A stretch of 64,000 bases of DNA from Candidatus Eiseniibacteriota bacterium (GTDB lineage Bacteria > Eisenbacteria > RBG-16-71-46 > JABDJR01): NCBI GenBank assembly GCA_963762255.1, contig CAVXKA010000002.1:1216001-1280000 (forward strand), read 5' to 3'. The notes under the pieces were generated by a model. That model saw only the letters and a list, made by a program, of their open reading frames with translations. It did not search any database and was not told the DNA's origin. Position 1 is the first letter of the stretch. Every line of letters starts with the position of its first letter. Both the position numbers and the translations under genes were made by a program. This document shows, piece by piece, positions 1-8,045 of the stretch.

Positions 1-2
1 AT

Positions 3-1940
3 CACCCCGGTGCCGACTGGCTCATCGTCCTCGACGCCTCCGTGAACCGCATCACCGCCGACGGCGTCGCCTACGTCGATCTCTACCAGCTCACCAAGAT
101 CCTCACCGAAGAGGGCGCGCGCGCGCGCTCCGCGCTCGAGTGGGGCTACGATCCCCGGAGCAGCTTCGTGGAGATCGCCGAGGTCAACGTGCTCCGCGAC
201 GGCACCAAGATTCCGGTTCCCATAGCGGACGTCAAGGACCTCCCCGCCCCCCAGAGCGCCATCTATTGGAGCGACCGGATCAAGGTGCTCCAGCTCCCGC
301 GGCTCAAGCCCGGGGACGGCGTCGAGGTCCTCTCCATGCGCAAGGGCTACAACTACGCCCTCCTGGGTGAGGCTGGAGCGGCGGGCGCCGGTGCGGAGGA
401 TGCGCCGTCGCCTCGGTATGCGAGCGCCTGGGACCGCATCCGGACCGGGGAAGACGCTCGGTACATCCCCCCCATGGCCGGCGAGTATTTCGACATCGTG
501 CTCATGCAGGCCGAAGTGCCCATCGTCGAGAAGAGCTACACCCTTGTACTCCCCGCGGCCAAGCGCCTCCAGAGCCGGGAGTACAACGGTCCCATCTATA
601 CGCGCACCTCCTACGGTCCCGACAGCACGACCACGACATGGTGGGTGGAGGACATGCCCGCCCGCCCGGTGGAGCCGCGCCAACCCGACGAACCCGACCT
701 CTCGCCCAAGGTGGTCATGACCACCGCGCCCGATTGGGAGGCGAAGTCGAAGTGGTTTTTCGACGTGAACCGCAATCAATTCGAGGTCACCGACGAGATC
801 CGCGCTCATGTGGACCGCGTGCTGGCCTCGGCGGGGCTCACCCGGAAGAGCGATCCGATGAAGGTTGCCAAGACGCTCAATCACTGGGTGGCCCAGAACA
901 TCCGCTACAGCGGGCAGACCATGGGCGAGGGCGAGGGCTTCACACTCCATCCCTCCGACGTGCTCATGGAGTACCGAAGCGGCGTGTGCAAGGACATCGC
1001 CTCCATGAGCATCACGCTCCTGCGAGCGGCGGGGCTCGACACCTATCCGGCGATGACCATGGCCGGCAGCCGGATCGAGGACATCCCGGCCGACCAGTTC
1101 AACCACTGCGTGGTGGCCTGGGAGCGCTCGCCGGGCGACTTCGTGATGATCGACCCCACCTGGGTCCCCTTCAACAACGACATCTGGTCGAAGCTCGAGA
1201 CCGAGCAGCAATACTTGATCGGTCATCCGAACGGAGTGGACCTTCAGGAAATCCGCTATAGCCCGCCCGAGGAGTCCCCGATGACGGTGACCCACGAGGC
1301 GGAGCTCCGCGCGGACGGAACGCTCTCGGGGCGGATCCGCATCGAGGGACGCGGGGCTTCCGACAGTCGGCTGCGCCGCGTCCTGTACCAACATCGCAAG
1401 CGCGAACTCCAAGCCACGGTAGCGGCCATGCTGGCCCCGCTCAGCCCTGCGGTGCGGCTCATCCGGGTGGATCACCGCCGCGTGGACGACTTCACCGGGG
1501 ACATGTGGCTGGAAGCGGTCTACGAGGCCCCGGGCTTCGCGTTGCCGGTAGGCGACGCCCTCGAGTTCAAGGCTCCCGCCGCCGGCGCGTTCAAGGATCA
1601 TCCCCTCATCTTCCGTGTGGGCTCGGCGCACTGGGAGACGGAGCGGAAGACCGATGTGTTCCTCTACTACACGCAGCGTCTCGAGGTGGACGAGCGGCTC
1701 CGGCTCCCCGCGGGCTACCGGCTCGAGGATCCTCCGGATTCGGTGAAGGTGGACGGCACGTGGGCGTCATTCGAAGGTGACGTAGAGGACGATCCGCGCG
1801 CGATCCGGCTTCACGCGAGGGCGGACGTCAAGCGTCGCCAGATCCCACCCGACGGCTATCCGGATCTTCTCAAGGCGTTGAAGGCCCTGGACGACTACGC
1901 GGATACGCCGCTTCGCGCGGTGAAGGGAGGTGCGCGATGA
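3..1940 (+). CDS. DUF3857 + transglutaminase-like domain protein (5' partial)
   Basis: Frame is open back to window position 3. Transglutaminase triad is intact: GVCKDIAS (Cys), FNHCV (His), IDPT (Asp). N-terminal DUF3857-like region (LPRLKPGDGVE). Confidence 0.85.
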   Translation, partial: HPGADWLIVLDASVNRITADGVAYVDLYQLTKILTEEGARARSALEWGYDPRSSFVEIAEVNVLRDGTKIPVPIADVKDLPAPQSAIYWSDRIKVLQLPRLKPGDGVEVLSMRKGYNYALLGEAGAAGAGAEDAPSPRYASAWDRIRTGEDARYIPPMAGEYFDIVLMQAEVPIVEKSYTLVLPAAKRLQSREYNGPIYTRTSYGPDSTTTTWWVEDMPARPVEPRQPDEPDLSPKVVMTTAPDWEAKSKWFFDVNRNQFEVTDEIRAHVDRVLASAGLTRKSDPMKVAKTLNHWVAQNIRYSGQTMGEGEGFTLHPSDVLMEYRSGVCKDIASMSITLLRAAGLDTYPAMTMAGSRIEDIPADQFNHCVVAWERSPGDFVMIDPTWVPFNNDIWSKLETEQQYLIGHPNGVDLQEIRYSPPEESPMTVTHEAELRADGTLSGRIRIEGRGASDSRLRRVLYQHRKRELQATVAAMLAPLSPAVRLIRVDHRRVDDFTGDMWLEAVYEAPGFALPVGDALEFKAPAAGAFKDHPLIFRVGSAHWETERKTDVFLYYTQRLEVDERLRLPAGYRLEDPPDSVKVDGTWASFEGDVEDDPRAIRLHARADVKRRQIPPDGYPDLLKALKALDDYADTPLRAVKGGAR

Positions 1941-3874
1941 TCCGCCTCATCCTCGGCACCTGCGGCGTTCGCGTTCTCGGGGCCGCGTTCCTCCTGGTCT
2001 CTCTCGCGATCCCCCGCAGCGTCTCGGCTGCGGCCATGAGCTACGACGGTTCGATCGACGTGACGGCGGCCATGGAAGAGGCCGGACGGGTCTGGGATCT
2101 GAGCGGCGAGGACGCCGTGTTCCTGCTCGAAAGCGCGCGCTTCACCTGGTCGACGGACGGTCGGCTCCGCGAGGAGCGCCATCGCCTGCTCTGGATCTCC
2201 ACCGACTGGGCCCAGGAGACCTACGCCGATTTCCGCCTGCCGTGGGATTCCGATCGGCAGACGCTGAACGTGAAAGCTCTGCGCGTGCTGCGCGACGGCC
2301 GGTGGATCGAGGCGCGCCCCACCGCGATCGTCGATACGACACCCTTTGCGCTTCGCAATGCGCCCGACTACTCCGCCATCCGCGAGACCATGTTGCTGTA
2401 CGACGGCGTCGAGCTCCCCTGCGTGCTCGAATGCGCCTACGTCATCGAGGACAAGGCCCCCTTCCGGGCGGGCTTCGAAGGCCTCTGGACCTTCCGCCAC
2501 GCGGATCCCGCGCTGGAATCGCGGCTCATCCTGGAGGCCCCCGCCGAGGCGTCGGTACGCGCCACACCGGCAGGCGGGGCTCCTGAGGGAGAACGCACGC
2601 GCTCCGAGGGTAGCGTCTTGACCTATGTCATGAGGCGAACGGAGGCCGCGCCAAGCCCGGCCGGCGAAGATCCCGCGGCCGACCTCCCGCGCGTGACCTG
2701 GTCCACGTTTGATTCATGGGGCGATATGGGACGGTCGTTGACCGCGGCATTCGATGAGAGGCTTCTATTGGACGGAGCGCTTCGTGACTCCCTGGCCGCG
2801 CTGCTCGACGGCGCGCCGAGCGAACTCGAGCGCGCGCATCGCATCGCCGCGTTTGTGCACGACCGGGCGCGCCGAGTCGCCTACGAGCCGGCTTACCTCT
2901 CCGCGCTGGCTCGTCCGGCACCGCGCGTGTTCGATACCGGCTACGGCGGTGACGTCGATCTCGTGATCCTGGCCGGCGCGTTGTACCGCGAAGCGGGGTT
3001 CACGGTGGAGCCCGCATTCGTCGGTCGCGGGCACGGACCCATCGACGAGGGCTCGCCGACGCTCGCCCGTCTGGGCGCGCCGGGGCTCTGGATCGCGCGG
3101 CAGGTTCCCGGAGAGGCGCTCGAGGCCTACTGGGATCCCGCGACCGGGCATCTGGTTCATGAAGGGATCGGCTTCGCCAGGCGTGCGCTCTGGCGCGCAG
3201 GCACCGAGGACGCGCCCTCGGTGAGGGACGTGGCCTCGGGTGTCGGCTCCTGGTCGACCACGCACCTCGACCTGCGTTGGAACGCGGAGAAGAAGGCATG
3301 GTCGGGCAGCGCCTGGTTCGAGGCGCGCGGTGGCGCCAATCCCTATGATGAAGTTGCGCTCGGAGGCGGTGCGACGGAAGCGTCCCTGGTCGAGACGCTG
3401 GGCGAGGTTCTCGAAGGTCTCGAGGTCGCTTCGTTCGATCCGGTGTGGATCGGGCCCGAGCGTTTCGCGGTTCGTGCCGAGGTGACGAGCGGCGAGGTGA
3501 AGCGCGATGCGCAGGGGCGCGTGGCATTGGTGCTCGGAGCCTCCGCCGGAGGGATCGGCGGCTCGCTCCCTCACGACGTGGTCCTCAACGAGGACCGACG
3601 CTCGACGCCCGTCCGCGGAGTCTCCGGCGAGCACACGGTCCGTGTGCGGCTCGACCTCGGCGATCTCGAGATCGTTCAACTCCCCGAGCCGATCAAGATC
3701 GAGAGCGAGGCCGGCGCATACCGGCTCGACGTGAAGCGGGGCGAGAGGGACGTGGTCTACACCGCGACCGTTCGTGTGAATCCGGGGGAAGTGCCGGCTG
3801 CGGCGTGGCCCGCGCTTCGAGCCCTGCTCCTGGCCGAACGCGATCCGGCCCGGCGGACGGTCCTGCTGCGGTAG
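1937..3874 (+). CDS. Secreted DUF3857/transglutaminase-like protein, catalytically degenerate
   Basis: ATGA overlap with the upstream gene, signal peptide and the same architecture. The catalytic Cys motif is replaced by GYGGDVD and no FNH motif is present. Confidence 0.75.
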   Translation: MIRLILGTCGVRVLGAAFLLVSLAIPRSVSAAAMSYDGSIDVTAAMEEAGRVWDLSGEDAVFLLESARFTWSTDGRLREERHRLLWISTDWAQETYADFRLPWDSDRQTLNVKALRVLRDGRWIEARPTAIVDTTPFALRNAPDYSAIRETMLLYDGVELPCVLECAYVIEDKAPFRAGFEGLWTFRHADPALESRLILEAPAEASVRATPAGGAPEGERTRSEGSVLTYVMRRTEAAPSPAGEDPAADLPRVTWSTFDSWGDMGRSLTAAFDERLLLDGALRDSLAALLDGAPSELERAHRIAAFVHDRARRVAYEPAYLSALARPAPRVFDTGYGGDVDLVILAGALYREAGFTVEPAFVGRGHGPIDEGSPTLARLGAPGLWIARQVPGEALEAYWDPATGHLVHEGIGFARRALWRAGTEDAPSVRDVASGVGSWSTTHLDLRWNAEKKAWSGSAWFEARGGANPYDEVALGGGATEASLVETLGEVLEGLEVASFDPVWIGPERFAVRAEVTSGEVKRDAQGRVALVLGASAGGIGGSLPHDVVLNEDRRSTPVRGVSGEHTVRVRLDLGDLEIVQLPEPIKIESEAGAYRLDVKRGERDVVYTATVRVNPGEVPAAAWPALRALLLAERDPARRTVLLR

Positions 3875-4046
3875 TCGGGAGACCGGGGGTCAACCATGTA
3901 GAGCCTCAATAGACAGGACGATGCGGTTGACAACTCAGTAGCCTCCGCATCAGGCTCGGGAGAGGTTCACACCGTCTTGGCGCCGAACGGCATCAAGCGC
4001 CTTGTGACCAAGGCCCTTTCCGCACCGCCTAGGCAGAGGTGACAAT

Positions 4047-4746
4047 TTGGCGTCAGGCCTGCAGAAACCAGGCACGCCCGCGGCGCTCGGCATGGCCGTG
4101 GCGGGTCTTCTCATCGTGGCGGCCACGGGCGGATTGCTGTTGAACTTCGCCGACAGCCACGGCGTACTCCATGAGAGATCACACCTGAAGGCTCGTACCG
4201 CAGCCATCGCCGACTCGCTCGAACGTCGAATCCATCAAGTCGTTGACCGGACACTCCGCGGACGAAGGCGCCCCGAGTTTCCTTGAGCTCGTGGCACAAT
4301 TGCGTAATTATCGAAAGGCTCACAGTGACGTCCGATTCATCTACTTGATGGGGCTGAAGGACGACGAGGTGATCTTCCTCTTGGATTCGACCAACCCCGC
4401 TTCGACCGACTACTCGCCGCCGGGAGAAGTGTATCCAGATGCCACGCCGGAATTGGTCCGTTCATTCTCCACCGGAGAACCGTTTGTCGAAGGTCCCGTC
4501 ACCGACCGGTGGGGCACATGGGTCTCCGGGCTGGCGCCAATCAACGACCCCTCAGACCATCACGTCATCGCCGTCCTCGGCTTGGACATCAACGCAACCC
4601 GTTGGCGTATCGCCCTCGGGATCTATCGCGCAATTGCGTATTTCCTGACCGGGTTGCTCGCTTGGATTGTTGTCGTCTTCTCCAGGCGCCTTCACAGGCG
4701 CCTTCACGAGCGCATCCCGAGGGGCCGTCAAGGAATGCTCGGCTAG
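4047..4746 (+). pseudogene. Frameshifted, truncated membrane sensor (TM-extracytoplasmic Cache-like domain-TM) with no output domain
   Basis: Removing one base near 4221 joins ORF 4047-4286 (TM1) to ORF 4243-4746, giving DSL-NVESIKSLTGHSADEG...RFIYLMG...DYSPPGEVYPDA...GPVTDRWGTWVSG. Stop follows shortly after TM2, with a 12-bp tandem duplication at about 4683-4706. Confidence 0.65.
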
Positions 4747-4759
4747 CTCGGACGCGACT

Positions 4760-7700
4760 CTACCTCATCAGGGAGAGTCGGGTGGTCTGGACGACTTTGC
4801 CGGCAACCAGGCGGCAGAAGTACACCCCCGGCGCCACCCGCTGACCCGCGTCGTCTAACCCGCTCCATCTCACCACGTGCTGCGCCGCACCCATCATCCC
4901 GTCCTGCAGCGTCCGCACCTTCCGCCCCGCCACGTCGAAGACCATGATCGTCACCCGCTCCGGCTGGCTCAACTCGAACGCGATCGTCGTCGCCGGACTG
5001 AACGGGTTCGGATACGCCGCGATCAACCGCGTCACCCGAGGTGTCACTTCCGGCCCCGCGTCCGTCACCGTCGCCGGGCCAAGGGTGAGGGTCTCGAGAG
5101 CGTCGATCCCCGAGACGGTGACCGTGTTGCCGGACACGTCGACCGTCCCGCCGAGGTTCTCCTGGGCAATGCCCCCGCGGGTGATCGCGTACATCGCAAG
5201 CGCCACCTCGTCGATCCCGTTCAACTCCGACTCGTCGTAGTGGAATACCGCGGTGGCGCCGAGACCGGTGTTGACCGACGGGACAACGTCAAAGTACCGC
5301 TCCATCCCCTCCGACCCCGCCAACGGCTTCGCCGTACCCGTCACCCGCAGCACCGTGGTCGTCCCCGGAGCCGCTCCCGCCGCGGTCATCTCCAACCCCA
5401 ATCCTCCGAACGCCTCCGGCACCGACTGCCCCACCGTCCGCGTCGTCGTCGCCCTCCCCACGATCGTCGCCCCCGCCGACTCCACCAGAGTCGCGCTCGG
5501 ACCCAGCGTCACGGTGTAGGCCCCGGTCACCAGGTCGCTCCCGGTGAGGCTGCACGTCCCGTTCACCGTCACCCCCGCCCCCAGCGTCACCCCCAGCGTT
5601 CCCAATACCGTCAGGTCCCGCAGCACGCCGGACCCCAGCGGCAACTCCGGACCCGTCGTCACCGAGGCCACCGTGCTCGTGTACCGAACGTCCGCCACCC
5701 CCGCGAACGCCGGCGCCGTGCTTAGCGTCCCCGTCGCCCGGGTCACCGTCGCCCCGTCGGCCACGGTCAGCGCCGCGTCGGCGTCGCTGTTGTCGATCGC
5801 CCCGCTCGTCAGCCGCAACGACGTCCCCACCGTCAGCGTCCGCGCCGCATCCGACGTCACCACCAGGTTCGCGCTGTTGTTCACCTCCAGCTCACCGGCG
5901 ACGACCCGGTCGGCACCCAGCGTCCAGAGTTTTTGCGTGCCCGAGGAGTAGCTCAACTCCAGGTTGTGGTAGTCCATGTCCAACACAGTCTGATTGCCGC
6001 TGCTGCGGCTGTACCGGAACGTCCCTTCGTTCACCGACAGGCTCGGGTACACGGGCGCGGAGCTGTTGGCGTCGACGATGCCCCCCGCAAGCAGCGCGAT
6101 CTGGTTGGGCGTCGTCGCGTTGACGTACCAGATGTTGGTGTTGAGGGAATTGACGAGCGTGCCGCCGTCCTTGATGGTCACCGTCCCGGGATTGAAGCAG
6201 GCGGCCCCCATGTTCCCACCCGCGGCGCTGTAGGTAATTCTCAGCTCCCCACCGTCCTCGACGTCGATGTCGGTGAAGTTCGCGCGGTTCGTGGTCGCGC
6301 AGGCCAGACGGGCCTCGCCGTAGACGGTCATCTTCCCGATCTTGGACGTTTCCTCGCCGGTGAAGTTGCCGCGACGGATGTGGGAGGTCGATCCCAGCAT
6401 CGTGAAGAGACCGTTCGCCTGGACGACGATGGCCGGCGTGGTCGCGGTACCCGCGGGGTTGCGGCCCTCGATGTCGTCGCTCCGGCTCATCTCGAACGTG
6501 CCGTTCACGATCTCCAGGCTCGTCCCGATGCCGAGCTTGAGGTTGTCCTCGGCCCCGACCAGGGGATTGGTGGTGAATTTCCCCGCGGACTTGTCGATCA
6601 CGAGCTCCTGGAGCCGCAACGGATAGGGCGAGGTGCTGGTGGTGCCGAGGTTATTGATCGTCTGCACCTCGGCATCGCCCGTGAACACCATCTTCGCCCC
6701 CGCCTGCCACAGATTGCTTCCCGAGTAGAACGGGTTCACCGACGTGTCGTAGCGGTTGAAGTCGCCGTAGAGGTAGAGGTTGGCCTGCAGCCCCAGGCGA
6801 CCGGTGTCGTCGGCGAAGGAGAGATTGTGGCAGCGGCCCGCGGCGTTCACGATGACGGTGTGTCCACTGTCGATCACGACATTGTCCGTCGAATCGGGGA
6901 CGCTGCCGCCGGCCCAGGTTCCCGGATCGCTCCAGTTGCCGCCGCCCGCGGAGTGGATGGACGGCAGCGGCGGATCGATGGCGAAGCGGATCGTGTCGGC
7001 CAGGCTTCCGGCAAGGAGGGACTCGATCCTCATGAGACACGCATCGGAGGAGTCGGCTACCGTCCACTGGTAGGGCTCGGTCTGGTTGGAGGCGACCGGC
7101 ACCCAGGTCGCGCCGTTGTCGGGCGAGAACTCGATGTCCACGATCTCGTTTTCCGCCTCGGAGACCCAGTCGATGGTGCGGAGGCTGCCCGATTCCCAGT
7201 GCTCGTGCTCCCTCGGGTAGATGAGGGCCAGGAAGGGATCGTCGCGGTCGACCCACTCGACGGCGTTCGCCACCATGTACTCGTAGCCCGCCGTGATCTC
7301 CGGGTGGGGGCTGAACACGGCGACGCGGCCTTCACCGAAGACGCTGAAGGCGAAGGCCGTCGTCCCGATCATCACCCCTGTGGGGGCCCCGTTCTCGGCG
7401 ACCTCCGACTCGAAGACGCCGGCTTCGATGTAGCCGGGCAGGGTGTCCACGTAGGCCGGCGCCATGAGCGCGCCCTGTCGGTACTCGATGGCGACGGTGT
7501 CCTGCTCCAGCGCGAACAGATCACGGCCAAAGTTGTTGAACCGCACGTCGATGGTGGCATACCCACGGTCCCAGTGCGCCTTGTCGACCACCCGGGTGTT
7601 CAGGATGTGCAGGGACCAGGTGTAGTCACTCGACGCCAGGTAGGAGCCGGCGCAGATACCCAGGTATCCGCCCCCCCGGGAGATGAAAGCGCGGACGCTG

Positions 7701-7987
7701 TCCCGCCCGCTCTCCTGGAGCGACTCGGCCTGGCCCGAGCCGCTCCCGCCGGGGTGGAGGATGACATCGAAGTCCTGGAGGATGCCCGCGCGGATGTCGG
7801 CGCCCAGGACTTCGGTGACGTCGAAGCGGGTCGTGTCGGAAATGGCCGCAATCACGCTGTAGCGGGACGAGCCGGTGCCGTCGTCGGCGTAGACGGCGAC
7901 CTTGATCGGATCGGCCTGTGCCGCGGCGACCTGTAGAACCACAAGCGGCAACACCAGCAGGCTGATGCACCAGAGCACGCTTCTCAT
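4760..7987 (-). CDS. Secreted protein: BPL_N/class I glutamine amidotransferase-like head + shared core + FlgD-Ig/T9SS-type CTD (paralog A)
   Basis: Signal peptide; HPGGSG...GGGYLGICAGSYLA and FSPHPE (Cys-His-Glu); G8-like GNWSDPGTW..GxVPDSTD motif; C-terminal AYPNPF...T.I.F.L...FDVAGRKVRTL...GVYFCRL. Confidence 0.8.
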   Translation of the reverse strand: MRSVLWCISLLVLPLVVLQVAAAQADPIKVAVYADDGTGSSRYSVIAAISDTTRFDVTEVLGADIRAGILQDFDVILHPGGSGSGQAESLQESGRDSVRAFISRGGGYLGICAGSYLASSDYTWSLHILNTRVVDKAHWDRGYATIDVRFNNFGRDLFALEQDTVAIEYRQGALMAPAYVDTLPGYIEAGVFESEVAENGAPTGVMIGTTAFAFSVFGEGRVAVFSPHPEITAGYEYMVANAVEWVDRDDPFLALIYPREHEHWESGSLRTIDWVSEAENEIVDIEFSPDNGATWVPVASNQTEPYQWTVADSSDACLMRIESLLAGSLADTIRFAIDPPLPSIHSAGGGNWSDPGTWAGGSVPDSTDNVVIDSGHTVIVNAAGRCHNLSFADDTGRLGLQANLYLYGDFNRYDTSVNPFYSGSNLWQAGAKMVFTGDAEVQTINNLGTTSTSPYPLRLQELVIDKSAGKFTTNPLVGAEDNLKLGIGTSLEIVNGTFEMSRSDDIEGRNPAGTATTPAIVVQANGLFTMLGSTSHIRRGNFTGEETSKIGKMTVYGEARLACATTNRANFTDIDVEDGGELRITYSAAGGNMGAACFNPGTVTIKDGGTLVNSLNTNIWYVNATTPNQIALLAGGIVDANSSAPVYPSLSVNEGTFRYSRSSGNQTVLDMDYHNLELSYSSGTQKLWTLGADRVVAGELEVNNSANLVVTSDAARTLTVGTSLRLTSGAIDNSDADAALTVADGATVTRATGTLSTAPAFAGVADVRYTSTVASVTTGPELPLGSGVLRDLTVLGTLGVTLGAGVTVNGTCSLTGSDLVTGAYTVTLGPSATLVESAGATIVGRATTTRTVGQSVPEAFGGLGLEMTAAGAAPGTTTVLRVTGTAKPLAGSEGMERYFDVVPSVNTGLGATAVFHYDESELNGIDEVALAMYAITRGGIAQENLGGTVDVSGNTVTVSGIDALETLTLGPATVTDAGPEVTPRVTRLIAAYPNPFSPATTIAFELSQPERVTIMVFDVAGRKVRTLQDGMMGAAQHVVRWSGLDDAGQRVAPGVYFCRLVAGKVVQTTRLSLMR
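5066..5898. repeat. ~833-bp near-identical direct repeat, copy 1 (in paralog A)
   Basis: Matches 10984-11816 at offset 5918; only about 4 substitutions seen by eye. Confidence 0.9.
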
Positions 7988-8045
7988 CCGACCCTCCAGG
8001 GACTGTGGGCGCGACCGCCAACAGGGACCAGCACCTTGCCGGGCA

